A stretch of DNA of 63,535 nt, counting the filler, from Globobulimina sp. (taxonomy: Eukaryota): assembly GCA_003354225.1 (NCBI GenBank). It is 27 parts of 27 records of this genome, joined end to end, with 100 filler letters (N's around TTAATTAATTAA, not from the genome) between each part and the next. Parts side by side here need not be neighbours in the genome. Positions count along the whole stretch, not along the records: positions 35,369 to 37,625 come from PIVH01007843.1; positions 37,726 to 39,981 come from PIVH01007844.1; positions 40,082 to 42,337 come from PIVH01007845.1; positions 42,438 to 44,693 come from PIVH01007846.1; positions 44,794 to 47,049 come from PIVH01007847.1; 22 more parts are not named here. One strand, given 5' to 3'. Positions 35,590 through 47,149 of this stretch are shown piece after piece. The translations under genes and the position numbers were made by a program. Position 1 is the stretch's first letter. Each line of letters starts with the position of its first letter. Under the pieces are notes generated by a model. It saw only the letters and a program-made list of their open reading frames with translations. It had not been told where the DNA came from and did not search any database.

Positions 35590-36528
35590 CAATCATGGGG
35601 TTTGGTTCCATATACCGGCGCAGCTTCACTAGATTCACATTTTGATCATTTAGGACCAATGGCAAAAACTGTACATGATGTTGTTGAGACATTAAAAGTC
35701 ATTGCAGGCACAGATGACTATGATTACAGACAATTACATGCTCCGCCACACGGCGATAAAACCTTTCTAAATTCATTAGATACTGCAATGGCAATGGGAA
35801 ATGTCAAGGATATTAAAATTGGTTTGGTGAAGCAAGCTTTTGTTGGATGTGAACAGGAGACAGAAGATCATGTACGTGATGCTGTGAATTTATTGGATGC
35901 CAAAAAAGTGATTGAAGTGGATGTCCCTTTGCACGATGATGCAGTGGCTATTTGGAGCGCAATTGCAATGAGTGGGCAGTTTTTAACCATGTATTTAAAT
36001 GGAGGTTTGGCTCCATTGCCAAGGGCTAAATGTGATGTTAATGCAATTGAGATGTATGTGAATGGATTACAAAATGGAATGATGCAGTATTCTCCAACAA
36101 ATATATCAAATATAATTGCGGGTGAATGGATGTTCCAGGAATATGGCGCAAGTTATTATGCAAAAGGTACTGAATTATCAAGGATTTTAAAGAATGAATA
36201 TGAGAAAGTTATGGATGATAATGATTTGGATGTATTGATTTATCCGACAATAAAATTTACGGCAGCGCCATTGCCAAAAGATGTTGTTAATATGAATGTG
36301 AATGAGTGCATAGAACATGCTTTTGCAATGTTACTGGACATCCAAAATACGATGGCATCAAATATTACTGGACATCCAACATTAACAATTCCTGTTGAAT
36401 ATAATAACATGAATGGTTTACCAATCGGAATGAGTATTGTTGCAAAGAATTATCAGGATGCCAAATGTGTGCATGTTGCTAATGTATATGAGAAATTGAG
36501 AGGTCCTTTGAAAAATTTGCAATCATGA
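35590..36528 (+). CDS. Amidase signature family protein, C-terminal exon
   Basis: SWGLVPYTG, DHLGPMAKTV.D, DVLIYPT and N.TGHPTLTIP...GLPIGMSIV. Confidence 0.9.
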   Translation, partial: QSWGLVPYTGAASLDSHFDHLGPMAKTVHDVVETLKVIAGTDDYDYRQLHAPPHGDKTFLNSLDTAMAMGNVKDIKIGLVKQAFVGCEQETEDHVRDAVNLLDAKKVIEVDVPLHDDAVAIWSAIAMSGQFLTMYLNGGLAPLPRAKCDVNAIEMYVNGLQNGMMQYSPTNISNIIAGEWMFQEYGASYYAKGTELSRILKNEYEKVMDDNDLDVLIYPTIKFTAAPLPKDVVNMNVNECIEHAFAMLLDIQNTMASNITGHPTLTIPVEYNNMNGLPIGMSIVAKNYQDAKCVHVANVYEKLRGPLKNLQS

Positions 36529-36694
36529 ATTGTAGTATAATAATTATTATAATACAGTATATTTATATTTTTATAGGCAGTAACTTTGTAAATGTATTGC
36601 CAAACTAACCTATTTATATCAAATCAAACGTTCCCAAATTTTCTTTTGAAAAACATTATTCGTGAAGTTTTTCTGAAAACCCTGTGGCGTGGCC

Positions 36695-37625
36695 ATGCGC
36701 ACATTGATACTTTGTTTGTATCTACTGCATCCTATTCTGAATGACAATGCGACTGCAAACAGCAGTATGCAAACTGATTTATCGTTAACAAACTGTGAAT
36801 GCATTACAAAATGGACAATGGCAGACATCAATTGTATCGCCTCCAATATTGACACACTACAATCTTATCTGACATTGCATCCCCTCAATTGTTTGCAAAT
36901 GTGCTATGAAAACAGTGCTTGTCAGCAATCCTTTTCCTTATTAACTCAATACTACAATTATTGCCCACTCGGCTCCGTATCACAGGACATAATCAGTGAA
37001 TTTACAAGCAATTCGACATGCAACCATTGCAAAACAGATACTCTATATACCAATAACAATTTATCCCAGTGCTTAAACATAAATTGTACTCAGAAAAATG
37101 AAACACAGACATTCATGCATTCGATTGATGACATTGAACTCAATTGCAATGAAAACATAACCGATGAATGTAACCCGCAATGTCAAAACAATTGGGATAT
37201 AATAGCATCCCATCAACGACAATGCAAACCCTATCCATTGGATTATTTATTTAAAATCCATCCCTCTCTTACACAGTGTCAAACAGATTGTAACGTACAA
37301 TATGACCGACAATCCGAGCTTTGCCCACCTAACAACTATACCAGATTAGAGCTCGCCGAATTAGAGAAACAAACTAAACTTTGTTTTTACGGATTGAATA
37401 TTCAACATCCAACGTCATATGATTTAATATGCGTTGCCAGACAGGATTTGAATGCAAGTGGCATAATATCATATAAACAGATGCAAAGACAGAGTAATAA
37501 TTTATTTTGGTCGTCATTTGCCAATATATTCGATATGGATATTGTATGGGTATTATTGTGTGGGATGCTTGTTTTTTTTATGCAATTAGGATTTACTTTG
37601 TTGGAAGGTGGCAGTGTTAAAGCTG
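36695..37625 (+). CDS. amt: Ammonium transporter (Amt/Mep/Rh family) with signal peptide and ~280-aa Cys-rich N-terminal extension; 3' truncated
   Basis: The final residues DIVWVLLCGMLVFFMQLGFTLLEGGSVK match the Amt TM1 signature (W.L....LVF.MQ.GF..LE.G.V). The upstream frame is continuous from an ATG with a hydrophobic leader. Confidence 0.8.
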
Positions 37626-37727
37626 NNNNNNNNNNNNNNNNNNNNNNNNNNNNNNNNNNNNNNNNNNNNTTAATTAATTAANNNNNNNNNNNNNNNNNNN
37701 NNNNNNNNNNNNNNNNNNNNNNNNNAA

Positions 37728-37858
37728 TCTGTGACTGTTAGATTGTTTCTTCGTAGTTTAATTTAATAAATTTTAAGTTTTTTATTATTGTGTTGAATTC
37801 TGTGAGATTGTTTCTTCGTAATTTAATTTAATAAATTTTTAAGTTCTTTATTAATGTG
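37728..37858 (+). repeat. Two imperfect ~65-bp direct repeats
   Basis: GATTGTTTCTTCGTA(G/A)TTTAATTTAATAAATTTT..AAGTT(T/C)TTTATTA at ~37741 and ~37806. Confidence 0.8.
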
Positions 37859-37887
37859 TCACAAGATGATAATTATGCGCACGGAAC

Positions 37888-39981
37888 ATGCAGTGTGAAT
37901 TTACGAAAAGCGACAAACTTTGCTGCTATAGCATCATGTCTGCGCTTCAACTTTCCGTGCTCTTAATGTTATCAAACATTCTTTCCATACGTGCCAACAA
38001 CATAACATGTGTACAATCAGCATGTCCAACCAAAATGCAATGCAATCCAGACGAAGATTGTACTGTGACCTGCTCAGCAGCCTGCAATCAATCAGTAATT
38101 CAATGCCCAGCCAATCACAAATGCACTGTAACATGTACCGATACTTCCGCATGCAAAGGTGCACTAATTAACGGCACAACTTCCTCTCAATTAACCCTCA
38201 ACGGATGTAAGGATAGCAATGCCTGCACTAATTTAAACATATACTGTCCACCAAACAAAAACGGTACTAAAACCTGCTCAATCACTGGAAATAACAACAT
38301 CCGAAACAATGTGAAATATTATGCGATTAATGGTTGGTCCGATGTAGATATTTTCAACTACACTGCTGATTACCTGTACAACAACACTCATATGTATTGT
38401 GGCTCGGACTATAACATATCTTGCTCTATATCTCACAATTCATTTCAATGCGATCCAGATGGTGACACCTATTGCAACGAAGCAATCACGGTCGCTACAA
38501 CTGCATTTTTCACCACCAATCAGTTAAACTACAATACTCTACAAACAACATTTCAAAATAATCAGTTTCTGTTTCTACCTATTTCAAAATGACATATTGT
38601 TTTTACATATCCAGACCGGATGCTTCTGTGTTCTCTACATCGACAACTCCAAAACCTACACCCGATCCACTTTTCGCTCTGGGATCCATATTTGGAGTGC
38701 ATATCATATATATCATGATCGGCTCGTTGGCCATATTGATTTGTTGCATAGCGTGTTGTTTATTGTATTTCGTGCGACAGTCGTTGCAAATGAAAAGGTT
38801 AATACATAAACAGACCATCGAGTTGCAAGTAGTGCGAACAATGAGTATTATATCACCTGAACCGAATCGTGGCGACACATTGATGGTTCACGAGTCTTCC
38901 TCCATTACAAATGAACCACCCGTAACTCCCTTCAGTTCGTCTGTAATGTCTAATGGAACTACAAATACTAATTCTAAAAATATGCATAAACTACCAAACA
39001 ACAAGAAAAACATTGTGCCTTTGCACAGTAACAGTAACAATAACGTTCACCGTAACAACAACAACAATAATAATCAATTTGCGAAACACGCAACACTTTC
39101 TAGATCGAAATCAAATACAAATAATAACCGTAATTATAACAGACATAAATCATTGCCATTTGCTCAATATCCACATTCACCACATTCACCACATTCACCA
39201 CAGCAAAATCAACGACCATTTAATAACAGTAACAGGCAGAGACCGCCACCGCCTGCACGTGTTCCACATGGCAGAGACCGCCCGCATACTATAACAAATG
39301 GGAATGGATATTATAGTTCACAGAAATCGGTGCATCACAATTCACCGCTACCAAATGAAAATCTTAATACTGCTGCATCGTTCAAATCACTTTATTCATC
39401 GTCAACTGCAACAGCAACACAAACACAACAAACACAACAACAACAACACCAGATACAAAATATGCAACCAATCGGATCATATGATCAATATCGGAATAAT
39501 GCAAAATCGCAGCACATGCAACAAAATTATGGATCATATTCCCAAAATATGCAAAATATGCAAAATAGAAACATTAATTATAATAATCAACCAGCACAGA
39601 TACCTGCTATGAATCCACAAATGCGGACACAAAATTCTGCACCGTTACAAATGCAAATGAGACCTATTCAAATCATGGCTCCTCAACAACATAACAACAG
39701 TAATATTCATGCAAATAGTCCCCATGCAAATAGTCCTCGTGTAATGAATAAGAACCTGCAGATGCAAGCACCTCCAATACGACAACAAGAGTCTGCATTG
39801 ACAGATGTGACAGATGTGACAGATGTGACATATGATACTGACAGTGGCAGTGACAGTGATACTGATAGTTCAGTGTCGGCAACCACAACTTATGAAAAAA
39901 CACCTGAACCTCAACCAAAGCAATATAATGTCGTGGTTGATAATATAAATACGAATGCATATGATGCTATGCAGTATTTTG
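37888..39981 (+). CDS. Type I membrane protein: Cys-rich ectodomain, TM, long N/Q/P low-complexity cytoplasmic tail; one intron ending ~38614
   Basis: Signal peptide, C-x-V-x-C repeats, TM IIYIMIGSLAILICCIACCLLYF and PHS/TDV micro-repeats. An AATCA|GT...TCCAG| intron joins the two track ORFs; the donor is ambiguous (38523 or 38564). Confidence 0.75.
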
Positions 39982-40473
39982 NNNNNNNNNNNNNNNNNNN
40001 NNNNNNNNNNNNNNNNNNNNNNNNNTTAATTAATTAANNNNNNNNNNNNNNNNNNNNNNNNNNNNNNNNNNNNNNNNNNNNTTGGGGTTGAAATAGACGT
40101 TTGGCGCCAATTCGTTGACAGAGAAAGAGGTTCGGTATACAATGACGGCCGCATTGCAGAGACCAAACAGTAATAATAATTCAAATAATAAGCAAGATGT
40201 TGGATTTAGACGTGTTTCGGCGGTGTTGTAAAGGAGGGAGGAGTTGGAACGTTTTTTCTCTTAAAAACTTTTATTCTTTTTGTTTTTTTTGTTTTTGTTA
40301 CATATGTATTCTAATTTTGTTGTGTGCATTTCCCTCATATTCGTATCCCTTAGTTAGTTTTTATTTATTTAGTAATACTTTATTTTGCACCAACTTTCTG
40401 AAATTACTCTCAGTGCCCACCATAGCAATAAAACAAAATAAAATACAAATTACTTATCTCAGCTTTAACACTG

Positions 40474-42337
40474 ATGCCCAGAGACTCCCGTCACTTTAGT
40501 ACTGGTTATATGATCAGTACAGTTCAGGCGGCACACACACACATACTTTATGAATATATTGAGAAACATCAACATTCCATAAGAAACTATTTCAAACACG
40601 TCAAAATTATCATGCACAAATCGCTCCGATGGGTCACGCTCAGAATGCCAGTCCACAGATACAATCCAATTAAGTATCACATTTTGCACAACTTCCCACC
40701 GAATGTCCCCTCCGCTTCAAAGCAATTCCATATTTGGACTCTACTGTTGAACAAATTCCCTGTATACAACTACATGCTTATAATAAAGATCCTGCCATAA
40801 TCAGAGAAATCCATGATTTTATCAATCGCTTCAATTACATCGAAGGCGAGCCCACCGTCCAACAATCCATAAAACACAATAAATATCATATACGATGGAA
40901 TGTGCCTGAAGCGAAGGATTACCACCAAATCCTGTCACATTGGCAGTCCATACAACGATTCAATTGCACCAATATATACCGCTTGCACCGCTCCAATCAG
41001 ATAAATAACATGAAAAACAATGCGATACTGGCATTGACGCAAATGTTCAAATATGCGACCTCCAAATACCGCACCGAGCACACCAACCTAAGACAATACA
41101 AAAAGTATTTCATCCATAAAATCCTTCAAACCCATCTTAATAACAACCAATTTAAGGAGGAGGATCTGCCAAATATTGTTCAGAAGTTCCCGTTCCTACA
41201 AATGTACGCCCCACACATTGAACCTGTCACAGCCACCAAAATAACACTAAAACAGCTGACCATTGGTTTTTTGAACATAAACGGGTCCACCAAATATAAA
41301 ACCCAACACAAACACCCCTACATGCAACAGCTGATAGTACATCATAAATTGGACATAATCTGCCTAATTGACACCCGCTGTGTAGCCAGACCTAAATGGA
41401 AAGTCCCCGGATACACATTAATTGCACACAAATCGCCAATGTTATCAAATAATAAATCGAGAATAGGGGGCATAAGAGTTCTACCTCTCATCAAGCGATT
41501 TGCCACCGGCACAGAGTTCTATACTAGCCCTAATGACAGAAGTTTCATATCACACATAACTTCCTTGTGTACAATGTACACGTTACACCTAGCAACGATC
41601 AACGCCTTTGGTGTTTCTGATTTTGAGTCCATAAGTAAATGGTCAGATTCCTCCATGAAACGCCTGAATATGTACATAAAACAATCCGTTTTAGTCAACA
41701 CAGACCCGGATTACGCCACAGGCAAAGAAATCCTGAATGAAGCAGCAGAGTTATATAAACAAGAAAAAATTGACAATTTGCGACGAAATACTGTTAATTT
41801 TGGTAAATTGAAACGTTTCAAATCCATGAACCGCAGCCTAGACTACATAGAGGATGAGCCGTATTTAAATTACAAAGGCAGCAAAGTCCCAAAGAACACA
41901 GCCTTAGCGGACCATTTTGCAAACATTAACGGGCCCATAATTGACCCCATAACAAACACTGCTGTGCCCAGAATAAATAGCTTCAATACCGACCTAAATA
42001 AATTCGCCCATAATACGCTCAAATTCATCCCCTCCAAACCCACTCCAACAGAAACAGACAATGATCTACCACCACCCCTTGAACCTATAGCTAACATCAC
42101 AGAGACTTGGAGCTGCCCAAACATAATTGAAGGAGTGCAGCACTATGATCCCAACTCCATTGGAGGACTCGAACGAGAACAAAATGAGATGTTCCACCTC
42201 GAATATATACACTCCCGTGACCTTGAGGATGATGATGACGATGTCATCCAAGGAATGCCAGACATCACTCCAGGCTCCGTCATAAACCCTGCGCCAAACG
42301 AACATAATAATATCAAACAAAGTCAGACTCCGCCTGA
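40474..42337 (+). mobile_element. Non-LTR retrotransposon, same family as 16730-18766, with internally deleted APE domain
   Basis: IGFLNINGSTKYKTQHKHPYMQQLIVHHKLDIICLIDTRC..RPKWKVPGY aligns with TFNIGGGAKNKLTNQHPYINHIITTHKPDILAITDARC..RPTWSIPGY. Frameshift near 40740-40800; A+C skew. Confidence 0.8.
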
Positions 42338-42437
42338 NNNNNNNNNNNNNNNNNNNNNNNNNNNNNNNNNNNNNNNNNNNNTTAATTAATTAANNNNNNN
42401 NNNNNNNNNNNNNNNNNNNNNNNNNNNNNNNNNNNNN

Positions 42438-43911
42438 ATTGCTTCAACTCAAACATTTCCGATATCAAATTATTTTCAGCCATAAATATAACGTATGTGG
42501 TGATGGTATCTTGCGATATTACATGTTTCCACAATTTATTATCTCCACTTAACATACATTCAAGTAATTGCATAATAACATGCACACAGATCTCAACATC
42601 ATATTTGATAACATCATTATAATAAATCCACACATTTTGATAAATTGTATGCAAAAATTTATCATCAATTCCAAATGTGTACAATCCAGCCACCTCATTC
42701 TCGTTTGTTTGGTATGCTTTTGCTAGAAATTCGACTCTGTTCAATAACAACTTTATACATTCAATATTGCCGCATAACGAACATCCATAAAATATATTTT
42801 TATACAATATTTCTATACTTTCCATAGACGCAATGGAATGCTTTGTTATATGTTCCATTTCCAACGGATTCAATTCTGATAATATTATTTTTAATGATTC
42901 AACATCCATTTCGGAATAGATTGCGTGTTTCGGCCCAATTTCAATTCCATTCTTCTCGTTTTTATACAGTGATATAAATGCATTTGCTACATTTTGTTGT
43001 GGTGTTTGAATATCAATCAATAATAAATCAAACGCAGAGGAACAAAATTGTGAAAATGTCTCTGTCTCCAACTTAGTTTCATGAACCATTAAAGTCAATA
43101 ATTCATTTAAAAAACGTATTATATGACCACTTAAATTCGGATGGTTCATCAAACACGAAATGTATAAATATTCCAATAAGATTAGCAAATATGATTCGTG
43201 GTTGCTTAATTGTTGCAGACATAATGATAAATTCTCATTTATTCCATTCTCATCATTTACGCATTTGCCACAATAATAATTTAAAAACGCTGCTCTGATC
43301 CGATGGAAATCAGTGATTGATAGGGATCGAAAGTGCATGCTATGATTGCACAGTGATAATATTGTACAGTATAATAATTCGCATATGATATCATTGTAAT
43401 TATTTGTGACAATATTATAAAATATTTGTGCGATCGCAGTGCGATTAAATTCATTTTGTCCCATTGATAATCTGCTGAATAATAACTGACATAACTTTAT
43501 TATTTCATCATTATCATTTATGGCAATGTTTGACTTATTTTTGTCAAACAAATTCAGCATAAACTCTTTGTAATTGTTAGTTTTATGATTCTGTACATTG
43601 ACTCTCGAGAAATAAATCGCATTGGAAATGGCCAATGTATTTTCGTTTTGCATCGAAGATATTAAATTAAATAACATTTTATCCATATCTTTCCACTCAA
43701 AAGTGTCCTCATTATTATTGCTGTTAATTTTGAAATTTATATCATTTGAAGGCGGATGCGTATAAAATATTTGTTGGTAGATTCTTTTTCTTAAATTCTG
43801 AGTCGGCGCAGATATTTTTATAACACCACCTTTGGACAAATCATATTTATCCTTCTCCATTATATTCATATCAATCTTTGAAAAGTGGGTCGAATCTCGA
43901 ATATATTTCAA
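42438..43911 (-). CDS. Hypothetical helical (ARM/HEAT-like) eukaryotic protein, internal fragment
   Basis: 490-codon open frame, AT-rich, with Leu/Ile-rich helices. No specific motif. Confidence 0.55.
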
Positions 43912-43939
43912 ATCTTTGTTGATTTGTTTCGAATTCCGC

Positions 43940-44544
43940 GCCTTACCCGATCTGCCAATGAAAACCTTGTCGTGAATACGGATGAAACCTCGATCGGAGA
44001 CGAACCAACGGATGATCGCGATTATGTTGGAAAAGGGGTGGCGGGTCTACTAGATCGGATTTCCTTATTTTCCGGTGAATATGTCGCTTATTGGTCCATC
44101 ATAGCTGTGTTTGTCTACTATTACGAAGTTGTCGTCCGTTACGTCTTTAACTCACCGACCAATTGGGCCCACGAATCCATGTTTCTGATGTTCGGCATGC
44201 AGTATTTGGTGGCCGGAGCCTACGCGATGCTGACAGAGAGTCACGTCCGGGTCGATATTTTCTATGCAAAAATGGCCCCTAAAGGCAAAGCATTTGTTGA
44301 TCTACTGACGTCCGTCTTCTTCTTTATTTTTGCGGGTACCTTGCTTGGAACGAGTTACATATTTTCTGTTGATGCAATTGGTCAGAATGAAGTTTCGTTT
44401 ACGGAATGGGCGGTTCATTACTGGCCCGTGAAATGTGTCATGGTGGTCGGTGCTCTGCTCCTCATATTCCAAGGAATATCCACAGTTATAAAGGATGTGG
44501 GTATTCTGATGGGCTCCTCTGAACATAATGGGGAGGCTGCTTGA
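43940..44544 (+). CDS. dctQ: Bacterial TRAP transporter small permease, 5' truncated
   Basis: YEVVVRYVFNSPTNWAHE, GAYAML.ESHVRVDIFY and WPVK motifs. Intronless and GC-richer than its neighbour. Confidence 0.9.
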
Positions 44545-44545
44545 T

Positions 44546-44693
44546 ATGGGACTTGAAATAGATATCGGGTGGCTCACCCTGATCATGTTTGGGAGCCTGC
44601 TTGTCTTGCTGGCAGCGGGCCTTCCTCTGGCTTTCGTCACCGGTGGTTTGGCTTGCGTATTCCTGTTTGTACTGGGGGATTCCAGAACCTTGA
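44546..44693 (+). CDS. dctM: Bacterial TRAP transporter large permease, N-terminus
   Basis: ATG 1 nt after the dctQ stop with Shine-Dalgarno GGGAGG at 44531-44536. Reads LIMFGSLLVLLAAGLPLAFVTG. Confidence 0.85.
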
Positions 44694-45022
44694 NNNNNNN
44701 NNNNNNNNNNNNNNNNNNNNNNNNNNNNNNNNNNNNNTTAATTAATTAANNNNNNNNNNNNNNNNNNNNNNNNNNNNNNNNNNNNNNNNNNNNAAAAATG
44801 CAATTTCTTCAAAACTTCAAAAAAGGTAAATTTCACTAAATGTCGATTTCTGCTCAAAACGCAAATCATCTAAAAATCAAATTATGTTCTTTTGGGATAT
44901 GGCAATTTATTCTGAATAAATGTGGTGAGACATACATTGTTGAATAGTTCTATTGCGGTTGCAACGGACATCTAGTTAGTGGCGAAAGTATTTTTGAAAA
45001 ACTTGTCACATATATTTCATAT

Positions 45023-46995
45023 TTACAGTAATGAGTGTCTTGAAGGGTTCATATTACTATGTTTATAGCCATACAAGATATAAATTATTATCCCCAATAT
45101 TAGCAAAGCAAGCCATTGCAAAAAGTATATAATTCCGCTGCTTGCCACCATATAGTTATTAAACACCACCAATACACATTGAGAATACGGTGAGAAAGGC
45201 ACAAACATTAAGTGCTCCAAAGGCGTTTCTTTTGAATCTATCCAATCTTTCCACGGAAGTTTCTTATCGAGATATATAATCACGGCAACTTGCATCATCA
45301 CAATAATTGCCAATACCCCAACAACTATCAGCCATAACACAGTCAAACCATTATTGTCGAAGTAATCATAATTGACAGCAACGAACGATGCTAGCAAGGA
45401 AATGAGAAAAAATGACCATATAAATTTAAATATCATCATATCGGACCAAAATGATGTTAATTGTATATCTGTGCCAACTGACATCTCTTTGCTGCGTATT
45501 TTCTCCAATGATAATGGACAATATTTAATCAATAATGTTCCGAGAGCAACAATGGTGTAATTTATTAACGCCGAAGTCGAAGCAAACGATAATACATCAC
45601 TTAAATCAAAAAACATTGATATTAAAAACGACACAGTGCCATATAATAAAACAGATGTAAATGGTGTCCGTGTTTCATGATGAACCTTTTTCAAAATTGG
45701 CGGTAGTAATCCATCCAAACTCATCCTATACGGTTGCCGCGATCCGCCAACGATGTATGCAAATAATAATAAACTTAATGTGCTAAATGCACCAAACGCA
45801 CCTAACAGTGTTAACATTGCATCATTTATGATTTGCAACTGTTGTAACGATGCTGATGGCAAGTTTTGTCACTAAAACAGTTGCAAATAATAAAGTGAGT
45901 GTACATATTCTTTGTAAGGTCATTTCATTGTGAACTGCAAAGGCTTCTGACAAAGGAGCTGTTTCGTCCAAACTGAAAAAGGGTACCATTCCAAATAAAC
46001 CTGCAAAAGCAAACGAATTTTTTGTATGATTATCGCAAAAACGTTTTAAAGCGAGAATTAAAGTACAAACCGAGCAAAATCATTTCATATAAAACAAACA
46101 CCAACAATAAAGTGGCCCAAATTGCACGCGGAAGATCTTTGGTTGGATTGATGCATTCCTCTGCCATTAATGTCACTTGTTCCGCCCCAGAAAATGTCCA
46201 AAATGCAATAGGCGATGCTTGCACAACCCCTGCAAATCCAAATGGAAGCCATGCGTTATACGCATCAGACGGACATGATTCATTTGAAAAAACGCGATTA
46301 TAATCACATGGATTTGTCATATAATCAGCATCCAACATCAATAAGCATGCGACAGTGAATAATATCAACAATAAGATGTTCCATACGGCCACTATGTTCA
46401 TTGCAGTGGCACCAATTTTGATATCACATACTATCATCAAAGTAAATAACAATATAAGCGAAGGGGCCACAATGTTGATACTGACAATGTTTGTAAATTC
46501 AAAGTCGAGGCCAAACCAAACTGTTTCTTCTAATGACTGTTTATCGATATCTGACGATAATGTCTCAATGAATGACCGTAAATAGCCAGAAGCTGCAATG
46601 GCATTAATCGACGCTGAACAAATACCATTGAACGTAGTTAATAATCCAACTGGAAATGCAACTGCCTCTCCTGTTGATATATAGACATAAGTGTAGGTAG
46701 TGCCTATGATGGGAAATCTTGATGAATATTCTGCAAAACAGAGCGCTGCTACGCCAGCTGAAAACAATCCGAATATCATTGATAGCAATAAACCCGCGCC
46801 GCTGATATTTTTCCCAGCTGATCCGGCCAAAACATAAATGCCTGATCCTACCACAGAGCACACTGCAAATATTACCAAATCGAGAAATTTATAGTGACGT
46901 TTCAATGCTATGTTTGGTGCATTTGATGGTAAGTCTGAGGGTGCTTTTATTGATGGATGTTGTTTATTTGTGATATCATCCAAATCAATATGCAT
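45023..46995 (-). CDS. Cationic amino acid transporter (APC/SLC7-CAT-like); introns 46001-46070 and 45802-45904
   Basis: VVGSGIYVLAG, ALCFAEYSSRFP..GTTYTY, AEECINPTKDLPRAI, spliced GLFGMVPF..LDETAPLSEAF and RICAFGA, MSLDGLLP and the AA_permease_C end FMVPFSPY...YILYGYKHS. Confidence 0.92.
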
Positions 46996-47149
46996 TGGCG
47001 GTTTTCCATTGTAAATGCTTGGGTTTCGATCTTGTGCTGTTGCTTTTAANNNNNNNNNNNNNNNNNNNNNNNNNNNNNNNNNNNNNNNNNNNNTTAATTA
47101 ATTAANNNNNNNNNNNNNNNNNNNNNNNNNNNNNNNNNNNNNNNNNNNN

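Noticed and set aside
35590-37625. Amidase + Amt as a nitrogen-assimilation operon
   Set aside because: They are adjacent on the same strand and functionally suggestive, but the context is eukaryotic, with a UTR-like gap and no SD. A single instance cannot show clustering.
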